Below, piece after piece: positions 1 to 11,383 of a stretch of DNA of 64,000 bases; the stretch's first letter is position 1; every line of letters starts with the position of its first letter. Both the position numbers and the translations under genes were made by a program. The notes beneath the pieces were generated by a model. That model searched no databases. It worked only from the letters and a program-made list of their open reading frames with translations, and had not been told where the DNA came from. This DNA is from an uncultured Ramlibacter sp. (GTDB lineage Bacteria > Pseudomonadota > Gammaproteobacteria > Burkholderiales > Burkholderiaceae_C): contig NZ_CAKZHQ010000043.1 of the NCBI RefSeq assembly GCF_936925435.1, positions 8,859 through 72,858 of the forward strand, given 5' to 3'.

Positions 1-930
1 GGCCAGGGCGCCGGGCTGGGCCAGCACCTGGACCGCGGCTTCCGAGTAGCCCTGGGTTTCGTCGTGGAAGCGCCGGCCCGCCGCATTGAGCTGCACGCCG
101 CCTTCCATCATCACCGCCCATGTCATCAGCGCGCCCTGGGGCACGACCCAGGAGCCGTGGCCCTGGTAGCCGCCCAGGTCGGCCAGGCCGGCGCCCAGTT
201 CCCGGCCCCAGAGGATGGCGCTGCCGTCGTTGCCTGTGTGGCCGGCATAGGTGGCCTCCCGCATCTGCGGCAGCAGTTCGGCCACCAGGGCCGGGTTGCC
301 GCCGAAGCCATTGCAGGCCAGCAGCAGCACCTCGCAGGCCAGATGCTCGATGGCACCGTTCGGTCGTTCGTAGCCCACGCCCAGGATGCGGTTCTGCGCG
401 TCCACCCACAGCTCGGTCACCCGTGCGCAGGTCAGCAGGTCGGCGCCGCTGTCCTGCGCGGCCTGCAGCAGGGCCGCCACCAGGGCGGCGCCGGTGCGCT
501 GCGCCAGGCTGTGCATGCGGTGCAGGCCGTGGCCGGGATAGAGGAAGTTGTCCAGCACGCCGAAGGCCAGGCCGTGGTGGGCCAGCGCGTCCAGCGCCGG
601 GCCCGAGGCCTGCGCATAGGCTTGTACCAGGTGCGGATCCGCATCGCCGTGGGCCTTGGCCTGGATGTCTTGCGCAAACAGCGCCGGACTGTCGGCGATG
701 CCTTGGCGCGCCTGGGCCCGGGTGCCCGCAGCCGGAATGAAGCCGGACGACAGGGCCGACGAGCCGCTTGGGCTGGCATCGCGCTCCAGCAGCACGCACT
801 CGATGCCCGCATCGCGCAGCGCGATGGCCGCCGTCAGGCCGCAGGCGCCGGCGCCCACGATGGCCACCGGCACCCGCAGCGGCGCTTCCAGGCGCTCGGC
901 GCGGACGATGCGGAGTGGGGCGTCTGCCAT
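1..930 (-). CDS. FAD-dependent oxidoreductase (fumarate reductase/succinate dehydrogenase flavoprotein-like family); runs off the window edge
   Basis: Not in the ORF track. Hand translation of the 5' part from ATG at 930 gives MADAPLRIVRAERLEAPLRVPVAIVGAGACGLTAAIAL...ERDASPSGSSALSSGFIPAAGT (Rossmann GxGxxG plus the GxSxxSSG motif); bases 60-1 also read open in the same frame. Confidence 0.85.
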   Translation of the reverse strand, partial: MADAPLRIVRAERLEAPLRVPVAIVGAGACGLTAAIALRDAGIECVLLERDASPSGSSALSSGFIPAAGTRAQARQGIADSPALFAQDIQAKAHGDADPHLVQAYAQASGPALDALAHHGLAFGVLDNFLYPGHGLHRMHSLAQRTGAALVAALLQAAQDSGADLLTCARVTELWVDAQNRILGVGYERPNGAIEHLACEVLLLACNGFGGNPALVAELLPQMREATYAGHTGNDGSAILWGRELGAGLADLGGYQGHGSWVVPQGALMTWAVMMEGGVQLNAAGRRFHDETQGYSEAAVQVLAQPGALA

Positions 931-942
931 CGCAGCGCTGCG

Positions 943-2418
943 TCAGGCCGTGGGACGGAACAGGTACTGGCCGCGCGGCTTGCCGATGATGCCGCGCTCG
1001 TGCGTGTAGATCTGTTCCCCGCGCAAAAAGGTGGCCTCGATGCGGGCCGACATCTCCAGGCCCTCGAAGGGCGTGTAGCCCTGGGTCGAGGGCGAGTTCT
1101 TGGCCTGGATGGTCCAGCTGCGCGCCGGGTCCACCAGGGCGATGTCGGCGTCGTAGCCCTCGGCGATATCCCCCTTGTGGTTCAGGCCGAAGCGCTGGGC
1201 CGGCGCCCAGCTGGTGACGCGGGCCATGTGGTTGTAGCCCATGCCGCGCCGCGTGCCTTCGCTGACCAGGGCCGGCAGCAGGTACTCGGTGCCGCCGAAG
1301 CCGCTCTTGGCCATCCAGATGTTGCCGAAGTAGCGCTTGGGGATCTTGGTCTCATGGCGGCAGCAGGCGTGGTCCGACACCACCCAGTCCAGCTCGCCGG
1401 CCAGCAGCGCCTGCCACAGGTATTCCACGTCCTCGCGCGGCCGGATCGGCGGGTTGACCTTGGCGAGCTCCGCCGCCTTGGACGTCGTGTCCAGCATCAG
1501 GTGGCCGATGGTCACCTCGCGGCGGAAGTCGATGTGGGGGAAGGTGTCGGCCATCATCAGCGCTGCCTGCACCGCCTTGCGCGAGCTCAGATGCAGCAGG
1601 TTGATGTTGGGCAGGGCGGTTTCGTTGGCCAGGTAGCTGGCGATGAAAACCGCCAGGCCTTCCGAGTGCTGGGGCCGCGAGGCGCTGTAGGCCGCCAGGC
1701 CCTTGAGCGACTTGTCCTTCTCGACGATCTTGGTGTAGGCCGTCATGATCTCGGCCGTCTCGCAGTGCAGCGACAGCGAGATCTGGCTTGCGCGGTCCGG
1801 GAACTGCTCGCGCGCCGCCTGCACGCCGCGCATGATGAACTCGAAGTGCGCGTAGTCGTAGCGCTCGTCCTCGCCGATCATCAGGAACTGCTTTTGCGCG
1901 TCGCTGGCGCCGTGCAGGCCGTGCGAGCCGTAGAACATGAAAATCTTGAAGCTGGAGACGCCGTGCTTTTCGATCAGCATCGGGATCTCGTCGATGTGGG
2001 TCTTGTCCATGGGCGCCAGGTGGAAGCCGTAGTCCACGTGGAAGCGGCCCTTGCTGGTCTTGAGCACCTCGGGGAAGAACTTCTTGTAAGGCCCACCCTT
2101 GTTCAGGTAGTACTGGCCGGTGCGAAAGTAGTTCAGGCTGGAGGTGACGCCGCCCATGGCCGCGGCCTTGGACTCGCTCACCGCGTCCTCGCCCAGCGGC
2201 GAGTAGATGCCGCTGTGCATATGGGCATCGACCACGCCCGGGAAGGCCAGCAGGCCACCGGCGTCGTGCACGGCCTTGGCCGAGGTCACGTCGATGGCCG
2301 GCGCCACGCGGGCGATGCGGCCGTCGCGCACGGCGATGTCCGAGCTGTGTACGGTGTTGCCGTGGGGCCGCACCACGCGCGCATTCTTGATCAGCAGGTC
2401 ATAGAGGGGACGGGTCAC
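943..2418 (-). CDS. Cyclic amidohydrolase (allantoinase/dihydroorotase/hydantoinase family)
   Basis: Metal ligands DAHMH, FKIFM (carbamylated Lys position), LHCE, LHLSS, SDH. GTG start chosen after a CAGGAG RBS. Confidence 0.88.
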   Translation of the reverse strand: MTRPLYDLLIKNARVVRPHGNTVHSSDIAVRDGRIARVAPAIDVTSAKAVHDAGGLLAFPGVVDAHMHSGIYSPLGEDAVSESKAAAMGGVTSSLNYFRTGQYYLNKGGPYKKFFPEVLKTSKGRFHVDYGFHLAPMDKTHIDEIPMLIEKHGVSSFKIFMFYGSHGLHGASDAQKQFLMIGEDERYDYAHFEFIMRGVQAAREQFPDRASQISLSLHCETAEIMTAYTKIVEKDKSLKGLAAYSASRPQHSEGLAVFIASYLANETALPNINLLHLSSRKAVQAALMMADTFPHIDFRREVTIGHLMLDTTSKAAELAKVNPPIRPREDVEYLWQALLAGELDWVVSDHACCRHETKIPKRYFGNIWMAKSGFGGTEYLLPALVSEGTRRGMGYNHMARVTSWAPAQRFGLNHKGDIAEGYDADIALVDPARSWTIQAKNSPSTQGYTPFEGLEMSARIEATFLRGEQIYTHERGIIGKPRGQYLFRPTA

Positions 2419-2926
2419 GCGAAACTCCTGGTGGCTGGAAACGTCGTTTGAGCTGGGGCAGCAGGCCACCGGCCTCGACCATGTCGAGCAGGAAGCCTGG
2501 AACGGGATCGGTGGGCAGGGCGCTGCCGTTGGCGCGCACCACCCAGCCGGCATGGGGGTCGATGGTGATCAATTCACCCTCGGTGATGGCGCCGGCCTGC
2601 GGACAGGTCAGCAGCAACAGGCCCAGGTTGAAGGCGTTGCGGAAGAACAGGCCGGCAAAGGAGGGCGCGATGACGGCCGCCACACCCAGGTGGCGCAGCG
2701 CGCCGGCGGCCTGCTCGCGCGAGGAGCCGATCCCGAAGTTGGGGCCGGCCACCAGCACGTCGCCGGCGCGCACGCCGGCAGCAAACTCCGGTCGCACGGT
2801 TTCCAGGCAGTGCTTCGCGATGGTGTCCAGGCCGTGCTGCATCCAGGCGCCGGGCGCCAGCGCGTCGGTGTCGATGTCGGCGCCAAAGCGCCAGACCCGG
2901 TGCAGCGAGCGGTCGTCGCCCGTCAT
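2399..2926 (-). CDS. LeuD/HacB-like hydro-lyase small subunit
   Basis: DIDTD and NFGIGSSREQA motifs; C-terminal part of ORF 2399..3835; ATG overlaps the stop of the large subunit. Confidence 0.9.
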   Translation of the reverse strand: MTGDDRSLHRVWRFGADIDTDALAPGAWMQHGLDTIAKHCLETVRPEFAAGVRAGDVLVAGPNFGIGSSREQAAGALRHLGVAAVIAPSFAGLFFRNAFNLGLLLLTCPQAGAITEGELITIDPHAGWVVRANGSALPTDPVPGFLLDMVEAGGLLPQLKRRFQPPGVSRDPSPL

Positions 2927-4191
2927 GCCAGCACCTCGCGCGGGTCGGCGATGCGGCCGGCCAGGGCCGAGGCCGCCACGGTGTAGGCCGAGGCCAGGAA
3001 GACCTGGGTCTCGGGCGGGCCCATGCGGCCCTTGAAGTTGCGCGCCGTGCTGGAGATCACCGTCTCGTGGGCGGCGAAGCTGTCGCCGTAGCCGGCGCAG
3101 GCGCCGCAGGCGCTGGGCAGCAGCTGGGCGCCGGCGTCCAGCAGGGCCTGCAGCGTGCCTTCCTGCTGCGCGGTGTCGCGGTCGGCGTGGCTGGCCGGTG
3201 CCACCAGCAGGCGCACGCCGGCGGCGACGCGCCTGCCGCGCAGCACCTGGGCGGCAAAGCGCAGGTCTTCCAGCTTGGCGCCGGTGCAGGCGCCGATGTA
3301 GGCAGCATGGACGCGGGTGCCCCGGTGCTCGCCCACCGGACGCGCATTGGCCGGGCTGAAGGGGGCGGCGACCTGGGGCGCCAGAGCACTGGCATCGAAG
3401 CCGTGCTCCTCGTCGGCGCTGCCCGGATCGGAGTGCCAGGGCTGGGTGTCCACATCCGGCGCGCCGTGCAAGGCCAGCCAGTCGCGCGTCACCGCGTCGG
3501 GCTCGACCAGGCCGGCCTGTGCGCCCAGTTCGGCGCTCATATTGGCCAGGGTCATGCGCTCGTGCATGGGCAGGGCGCGCACCGCATCGCCGGCGAACTC
3601 CACCGCCTGGTAGGCGCCGCCGTTCATGCCGAAGCGGGCCAGCAGGGCCAGCATCATGTCCTTGGCGGCCACGCCCGGCGCCAGCCGACCGTCCCAGCGC
3701 ATGCGCAGGGTGCGCGGCACCTGGACCCAGATCTGGCCGGTGGCCAGCACGCCCAGCATCTCGGTGCTGCCGATGCCGAACATGTAGGCGCCAAAAGCGC
3801 CGCCGGTGGGCGAGTGGGAGTCGCCACCCACGCACAGCAGGCCGGGCCGGATGTGGCCATGCTGCGGTACGACCACATGGCAGATGCCCACGGAGTCATA
3901 GACATGGGGCAGGGCCTGGTCGCGCGCCCAGTCGCGCGCGATGCGCACGATCTTGCGTGCCTCCTCGCTGCGCTCGGGCACGTAGTGGTCCATGACCAGC
4001 ACCACGCGCGACTTGTCCCAGATGGGCGCGCCCAGCTCTTCCAGCATGGGCTTGAGCCGGCGCGGGCCAGAGGAGTCGTGGAACATGGCCAGGTCGACCG
4101 CGCAGCTGACGATCTCGCCCGTGTGCACCGCATCGCGCCCTGCGGCACGGGCCAACAGCTTTTGTGCCAGTGACTGAGGAACTGCGCTCAT
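2923..4191 (-). CDS. LeuC/HacA-like [4Fe-4S] hydro-lyase large subunit (aconitase family)
   Basis: DH, GICH, GGDSHS, IGACT, ACGAC (three Cys ligands) and ARNFKGRMG motifs. Confidence 0.92.
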   Translation of the reverse strand: MSAVPQSLAQKLLARAAGRDAVHTGEIVSCAVDLAMFHDSSGPRRLKPMLEELGAPIWDKSRVVLVMDHYVPERSEEARKIVRIARDWARDQALPHVYDSVGICHVVVPQHGHIRPGLLCVGGDSHSPTGGAFGAYMFGIGSTEMLGVLATGQIWVQVPRTLRMRWDGRLAPGVAAKDMMLALLARFGMNGGAYQAVEFAGDAVRALPMHERMTLANMSAELGAQAGLVEPDAVTRDWLALHGAPDVDTQPWHSDPGSADEEHGFDASALAPQVAAPFSPANARPVGEHRGTRVHAAYIGACTGAKLEDLRFAAQVLRGRRVAAGVRLLVAPASHADRDTAQQEGTLQALLDAGAQLLPSACGACAGYGDSFAAHETVISSTARNFKGRMGPPETQVFLASAYTVAASALAGRIADPREVLA

Positions 4192-5153
4192 TCGGGCCTC
4201 GCTCCCGAGTACTTGACCACCTTGGCCCAGCGCACGATTTCCTCGTGCACGAAGCGCGCGAACTCATCGGGCGCGTTGCCCACCGGTGTCGCCCCTTCGA
4301 ACTCGATCCGCTTCCTGACTTCCGGCGTGGCGACGGCCTGGCGGGCCGCGTCGGACAGGCGTTTGGCCAGGTCCGGCGCCATGCGGCCTGGGCCGAACAG
4401 GCCGAACCAGGCGCTGGACTGGTAGCCTGGCAGGACCTCGGCGATGGCCGGCGTGTCGGGGAAGGCGGGAAGGCGCTGTGGGCTGGTCACGCCCAGCAGC
4501 TTGAGCTTGCCGGCGCGCACCTGGGCCTGGGCGTTGCCGACGTTGGCGAACATCAGCTCCACCTGGCCGGCCAGCACGTCCTGGATGGCCGGCGCTGTGC
4601 CCTTGTACGGGATGTTGACGATGTAGGTGCCTGACAGCATCTTGAAGGCCTCGCCCGCCAGGTGCACCGAGGATCCCATGGCGCCGATGGCGAAGTTCAG
4701 CTTGCCTGGCTTGGCCTTGGCCAGGGCGATCAGCTCGCGCAGATTGGCTGCCGGCAGCGAAGGATGGGCCACCAGCAAGGCCGGCGAGGTCGAGACCATG
4801 GTCAGCGGCGTGAAGTCGCGCTCCGGGTCGAAGGGCAGGCTGGGGAACAGCGAGGCATTGATCGCATGGCTGGTGAAGCTCATGAGCAAGGTGTTGCCGT
4901 CGGGCGCAGCCTTGGCCACCAGGTCGGCCGCGATGTTGCCGCCGGCGCCGGGCTTGTTGTCCACCACCACGGTGCGGCCCAGCACGCGGCCCAGTTCCAC
5001 CGCCAGTGTGCGGGCCATGGTGTCGGTTGTGCCGCCGGCCGGTGCGCCCACCAGAATGCGCACCGGCGCCTGCATGCCCTGGGCGCGCGCCAGCAGGGGC
5101 AGGGCAGCGGCCAGCAGCAGGGCGCGGCGGGTGGCAAAGGACGCGAGCTTCAT
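4188..5153 (-). CDS. Bug/TctC tripartite tricarboxylate transporter substrate-binding protein
   Basis: PAGGTTD, VDNKPGAGG and IPYKG motifs; signal peptide. Confidence 0.93.
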   Translation of the reverse strand: MKLASFATRRALLLAAALPLLARAQGMQAPVRILVGAPAGGTTDTMARTLAVELGRVLGRTVVVDNKPGAGGNIAADLVAKAAPDGNTLLMSFTSHAINASLFPSLPFDPERDFTPLTMVSTSPALLVAHPSLPAANLRELIALAKAKPGKLNFAIGAMGSSVHLAGEAFKMLSGTYIVNIPYKGTAPAIQDVLAGQVELMFANVGNAQAQVRAGKLKLLGVTSPQRLPAFPDTPAIAEVLPGYQSSAWFGLFGPGRMAPDLAKRLSDAARQAVATPEVRKRIEFEGATPVGNAPDEFARFVHEEIVRWAKVVKYSGARPE

Positions 5154-5156
5154 GCC

Positions 5157-6617
<1,461 letters not shown>

Positions 6618-6625
<8 letters not shown>

Positions 6626-7589
6626 GGCGGCCCTTCCACAGGCTGCGCACCGACTGGCCCAGGCCCAGGATGCCGCGCGGCGCGAACATCACGATCAGCA
6701 CCAGAACGCTGCCGTAGATCACCATGTTGATGCCCGGCAACTGGCCAAACAGGTTACGCGTGCCCTCGGCCAGCAGGTGCAGCACCAGGGCGCCCAGCAC
6801 CGGCCCCCACAGGCTGCCCAGGCCGCCAACGATGGCGGCCACCAGGGCCTCGACCGAGGTGTGCGAGCCATAGGCGATCGAAGGGTCGATGTACTGGAAC
6901 ACCTGCACGTAGAAGGCGCCGGCTGCGCCCATGAAGGCGCCCGACAGGCAGATCGCACCAAGCTTGACGCGAAACGGATTGACGCCGATGGCGCGTGCCG
7001 CGTCCTCGTTGTCGCGCACCGCCTGCAGCCAGGCGCCAAAGCGCGAATGGCGCAGCCAGCAGGTGACCAGCAGGGCCAGCACCACCAGGGCCAGCGCCAC
7101 CAGCACGTAGCCGCGCCGGTCGGCGAACTGCAGGTTGGCCGCGCCCTGGCGCAGCGGCACCATCAGGCCGACGCCGCCGCCGGTGAACTGCAGCGACAGT
7201 GCCAGGATGCGAAAGACCTCGGCAAAGGCCAGGGTCACCAGGGCGAAGTACGAGCCCTTCAGGCCGTAGCGGAAGGACAGGGCACCGACGAAAAGACCCA
7301 CAGCTGCCGCCGCCAGCATGGCCAAGGGCAGGGCGACCCAGGGGTTGATGCCGGCGCTCATCTGGGCCAGCGCCTGCGCGTAGGCGCCGGTGCCGAAGAA
7401 CAGGGCATGGCCGAAGGAGAACTGGCCGCCGTAGCCGCCGAGCAGGTTCCAGGCCTGTGCCATCAGGCAGGCGTACAGCGTCATCATCGCCAGGTTGAGC
7501 ACCACGCCCGAGCCGCTGAACGCAGCCAGTGCGGCCACCGCGACGGCGAAGGCAGCGATCTGCAGCAGGTCGCGCCGCAAGGGGTTCAT
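6618..7589 (-). CDS. ABC transporter permease (LivM-like)
   Basis: GQFSFGHALFFG and AVRDNEDAARAIG motifs; hydrophobic; C-terminal part of ORF 6618..9527. Confidence 0.92.
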
Positions 7590-8458
7590 GGTTTGGCTCC
7601 GAACAGGCCTTGCGGGCGGAACAGCAGCACGGCGATGAAGATCAGGAAGATGCCGATCTGGCCCAGCGACTCGCCGAACCACAGGCCCCCCAGGGATTCC
7701 ACCACGCCCACCAGCAGGCCGCCGGCCAGGGCGCCGGCGAAGCTGCCCATGCCGCCGAGCACGACGATGGTGAAGGCCACCAGCACGAAGCCGCCGCCGA
7801 CCTGCGGGTTGACGTAATAGGCCGGCAGCAGAAAGCAGGCTGCCGCGCCCAGGCAGGCCAGGCCGATGCCAAAACTTATGGCGTAGACATGGTCGACGTC
7901 GATGCCCACCAGGCGCGCGCCGTGTTTCTCGCGGGCCACGGCGCGGATGGCGCGGCCCAGATCGGTCTTCTTGACGGTCCACAGCAGCACGGCGCAGGCC
8001 GCCAGCGCGCCGAAGAAGGCCACCAGCTTGGGCAGGGACAGCGCCGCCGGGCCGATGGCCACCGTGGCCAGGGTGTAGGACGTCTCGATGCTGCGCGTGT
8101 CGGACTTGAAGGCCAGCAGGGCGAGGTTTTCCAGCACGATGGAAATGCCCAGGGTGACCAGCAGGATGTTCTCGTCCTTGCCGTGGCTGGCCCGGTTGAT
8201 CACCACCCGCTGCAATGCATAGCCGAGCGCGAACATCGCCGGCACCATGATGGGCAGGGCAGCGTAGGGGTCGATGCCCAGGCCCTGCTTGAGGTAGTAC
8301 ACGCCGTACAGCGCCACCATCAGCGCCGCACCGTGGGCGAAGTTGATGATGTGCAGCACGCCGTAGATCAGGGTCAGGCCCAGGGCCACCAGCGCGTAGA
8401 CCGCGCCGGTGGTCAGGCCGTTGAGGACCGACGGGAACAGGATGCCGAAGTCGAACAC
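7586..8458 (-). CDS. ABC transporter permease (LivH-like)
   Basis: YALVALGLTLIYGV..INFAHG and GRAIRAVA motifs; GTG start inferred. Confidence 0.92.
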   Translation of the reverse strand: MFDFGILFPSVLNGLTTGAVYALVALGLTLIYGVLHIINFAHGAALMVALYGVYYLKQGLGIDPYAALPIMVPAMFALGYALQRVVINRASHGKDENILLVTLGISIVLENLALLAFKSDTRSIETSYTLATVAIGPAALSLPKLVAFFGALAACAVLLWTVKKTDLGRAIRAVAREKHGARLVGIDVDHVYAISFGIGLACLGAAACFLLPAYYVNPQVGGGFVLVAFTIVVLGGMGSFAGALAGGLLVGVVESLGGLWFGESLGQIGIFLIFIAVLLFRPQGLFGAKP

Positions 8459-8470
8459 CCGGGGCGCCAC

Positions 8471-9691
8471 TCAGGCCTTGAGGGGGAACAGGGGGTCGGC
8501 CTCGCGGTAGTCGCGCGGGATGATGACCTTGATGTCGCCCTTGAGCACCTGGGTCATCAGCGGCTGGGCGCCCAGGTTCTGTCCCTTGTCGAACTTGGTC
8601 GGGCCGTACGGCATGATGTGGTCGGAGAATGTGCTGGACTCCAGCGCCGCGATGATGGCGGCCCGGTCGGTCGACTTGGCGCGCTCGATGGCGTCGGCCA
8701 GCAGGCGCATCGAGGTGTAGGTCATGAAGACCTCGTAGCTGAAGAACAGGCCCTTGGCCTCGACGCGCTTTTTCAGCTCCAGGCTGCGCTTGTCGCGCGG
8801 ATTGAACCAGTGGTTGCAATCGATGATGCCGTTGGCAGCCTCGGGGAACTCCTTGACGAACTTGTAGCTGGAAGCCGCGCCGCCGAGCACCGAGTAGATC
8901 GCCTTGGGGCTGACCTTTTGCTGCTGCATGGTGCGCACCAGCAGGGCGTACTCGTTGTAGTAGTTGGCCGGGATCACGATGTCGGGGTTGACCGCCTTCA
9001 TGCGCAGCACGATGTTGTTGAAGTCGCGCGTCGGGTTGGCGTGCTTGATGACTTCCTTGACCTCGTAGCCGTAGCCGGGCAGCTCGCGCGCCAGCAGCTG
9101 TGCCGTGCCGGTGCCGAACAGCGACTCCTCGTGGATGATCATCACGGTCTTGGCGGGCTTGCCGGCGGCGGTGTTGAGCACGTGCAGGTTGGCCACCGCG
9201 ACCTCGGCGCACTTGCGGTAGCCGGGGCCGAAGCGGAAGGTGTTCTTCAGGCCGCGCTCGACGATCTGGTCGGCCACGCCGACATCGACCACGTGCGGCA
9301 GGTTGTACTTGGCCGCAGCCTGGGTGGTCGCCAGGCAGATCGCCGAGGCGAAGGCACCGACCACGGCGCTGACGCCGGCCTCGTTCATCTTCTCGATCTC
9401 CGCCGTGCCGGCCGCCGGCGAGGACTGGGCGTCGCCCAGCAGGGCTTCGATCTTGGCGCCGCCCAGCGACTTGATGCCGCCGGCCTTGTTGATGTCCTCG
9501 ATGGCCATCAGCGCGCCTTCGCGGCATTGCTGGCCGGAGTAGGCCAGGGCGCCGGTGACAGGATGCAGCACGCCGATGCGCACCGTCTTGGGCTGGGCGC
9601 CGCCGACGAGCGGGAAGGCCATGGCCGATGCGGCGGCACCGGCCTGGGCGATGAAACGGCGGCGATTGCTGGGCGTGAGGCGCATGGTCAT
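8471..9691 (-). CDS. ABC transporter substrate-binding protein (LivJ/LivK-type) with Tat signal
   Basis: NRRRFIA twin-arginine signal; IGVLHPVTG..A.SG; AGGAG RBS. Confidence 0.9.
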   Translation of the reverse strand: MTMRLTPSNRRRFIAQAGAAASAMAFPLVGGAQPKTVRIGVLHPVTGALAYSGQQCREGALMAIEDINKAGGIKSLGGAKIEALLGDAQSSPAAGTAEIEKMNEAGVSAVVGAFASAICLATTQAAAKYNLPHVVDVGVADQIVERGLKNTFRFGPGYRKCAEVAVANLHVLNTAAGKPAKTVMIIHEESLFGTGTAQLLARELPGYGYEVKEVIKHANPTRDFNNIVLRMKAVNPDIVIPANYYNEYALLVRTMQQQKVSPKAIYSVLGGAASSYKFVKEFPEAANGIIDCNHWFNPRDKRSLELKKRVEAKGLFFSYEVFMTYTSMRLLADAIERAKSTDRAAIIAALESSTFSDHIMPYGPTKFDKGQNLGAQPLMTQVLKGDIKVIIPRDYREADPLFPLKA

Positions 9692-9704
9692 TTCTCCTGA
9701 TGGG

Positions 9705-10493
9705 TCAATGGAACTGGGCTGAAAAGGCGCGGCTGACCCAGACCTTGGCGTCGATGTCGCCAACGCGGGACAGCTGCATCTGGTACTCGTAGCGGTCGGG
9801 CCGGTACAGGCCGTGCAGCCATTGCACTGGCCGGCCCTGTTCGTCGTGGATCAGGCGGCGCACCGCCAGCAGGGCCGAGCCCACGGCCAGCCCGAGGTGG
9901 GCGGCGACCTGGGCGTCGGCCAGCCGGGCCGAGATGGTCTGCTGCGCGCCGCCCACCCGTACGCCGGATTCCTCCAGCAGCAGCAGGATGGGCTTGCGCG
10001 CCAGTTCCTTCTTGCCGAAGCCGCTGGCCAGGGCGGCGGGCACCCAGGTGGTGATGTGCGACAGCGGGCCTTCGCGGGTGGAGCGCACCCGCACGGCCTT
10101 TTGCACCGGCGCGCCGGCATCCAGCCGCAGGGCCTGGGCGACATCAGGCGTCGCCGCCACCTCGCTGACCTCCAGCACCTTGACCGTGGTGTTGAGGCTG
10201 GTGCTGACCAGGTTTTCCAGCAGGCCGGTCAGGCGCGTGGTCTTGCTGCCGGTGCGCGGCGCGCGTGGTGGCGGCGCGTCGGCTGGCTTGGTACCGCGGC
10301 CGCGCTCGCGCGAGATCAGGCCTTCGCCGGCCAGCTCCTGCAGGGCCCGGCGCACGGTGACGCGGGCCACGCCGAACTGCTGCATCAGGGCCATCTCGCC
10401 GGGCAGGCCCTGGGCGAAGCGGCCTTCGTGCAGTTGCTCGCGCAGCACCAGGTAGATCTGGTGGTACTTGGGCAACGGCAATGTTTGTGACAT
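9705..10493 (-). CDS. GntR family regulator, HutC subfamily (wHTH + UTRA)
   Basis: LPGEMALMQQFGVARVTVRRAL..GRGT, followed by a UTRA-like domain ending YRPDRY. Confidence 0.92.
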   Translation of the reverse strand: MSQTLPLPKYHQIYLVLREQLHEGRFAQGLPGEMALMQQFGVARVTVRRALQELAGEGLISRERGRGTKPADAPPPRAPRTGSKTTRLTGLLENLVSTSLNTTVKVLEVSEVAATPDVAQALRLDAGAPVQKAVRVRSTREGPLSHITTWVPAALASGFGKKELARKPILLLLEESGVRVGGAQQTISARLADAQVAAHLGLAVGSALLAVRRLIHDEQGRPVQWLHGLYRPDRYEYQMQLSRVGDIDAKVWVSRAFSAQFH

Positions 10494-10501
10494 CGGCCGC
10501 C

Positions 10502-10553
10502 ATCCTCTGGCGCTTCCATTGTCCTGTCAATAGGACATTTGATGGGACATTTG
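10502..10553 (-). promoter_or_regulatory. Candidate sigma70 promoter and operator of the gntR operon
   Basis: Minus strand TTGACA(10530-10525)-N17-GAGGAT; inverted repeat TGTCCT-N6-AGGACA (10520-10537) overlaps the -35; direct repeat GGACATTTG x2. Confidence 0.6.
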
Positions 10554-10583
10554 CGCCGGTCCTGCCGGGCGCTGTCTTTGGCG

Positions 10584-11339
10584 TCAGGCGATGGAGTAGC
10601 CGCCGTCGACCGGGATGGCCGTGCCGGTGATGAAGTCGGAGGCGCTGCTGGCCAGGAAGACGGCGATGCCGGCCAGGTCGGGCGGCACGCCCCAGCGCCC
10701 GGCGGGGGTGCGCGCCAGCACGCGCTCATTGAGGCCCTGGACCTGGTCGCGCGCCTTGCGTGTGAGCTCGGTGTCGATCCATCCGGGCAGCACCGCATTG
10801 GCCTGGATGTTGTCGGCCGCCCAGGCCGTGGCCAGCGAGCGGGTGAACTGCACGATGCCGCCCTTGCTGGCGCCGTAAGCCGGCGCATAAGGCGCGCCGA
10901 AGATGGACATCATCGAGCCGATGTTGATGACCTTGCCGGCGCCGGCCGCCTTCATGGGCGCGTGGGCGGCGCGCGAGCACAGGAAAGCGCTGGTCAGGTT
11001 GGTGTCCAGCACCGTGTTCCAGTCCTCCAGGCTCAGGTCCTGCGGCGGCTTGCGGATGTTGGTGCCGGCGTTGTTGACCAGGATGTGCAGGGCGCCGTGG
11101 CGTTCCAGCACCTGGGCGATCAGGCGTTGCACCGAGCCCTCGTCGGTGACGTCGGCTTCCACGGCGTCGGCTTTCAGGCCCTGGGCCTTGAGGGCCTCGA
11201 CGGCGGCGGCCGATTTGGCTGCATCGCGCCCGACCAGCACCACGCTTGCGCCGGAGCGCGCCAGGCCGCGCGCCATGGCCAGGCCGATGCCGCCGTTGCC
11301 GCCGGTGACCAGGGCTGTTTTTCCGCTCAGATCGAACAT
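10584..11339 (-). CDS. Short-chain dehydrogenase/reductase (KduD/gluconate 5-dehydrogenase-like)
   Basis: TGGNGGIG, NNAG, YGASK and VDGG motifs. Confidence 0.92.
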   Translation of the reverse strand: MFDLSGKTALVTGGNGGIGLAMARGLARSGASVVLVGRDAAKSAAAVEALKAQGLKADAVEADVTDEGSVQRLIAQVLERHGALHILVNNAGTNIRKPPQDLSLEDWNTVLDTNLTSAFLCSRAAHAPMKAAGAGKVINIGSMMSIFGAPYAPAYGASKGGIVQFTRSLATAWAADNIQANAVLPGWIDTELTRKARDQVQGLNERVLARTPAGRWGVPPDLAGIAVFLASSASDFITGTAIPVDGGYSIA

Positions 11340-11383
11340 GGAGACCTCTTTGTGCCAATGGGGGCTCAAGCATAATTGCAGCC

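Noticed and set aside
2399..4191. Calling the pair leuC/leuD of leucine biosynthesis
   Set aside because: The subunits are short HacA/HacB-like, the context is catabolic and no leuB is visible, so symbols were withheld.
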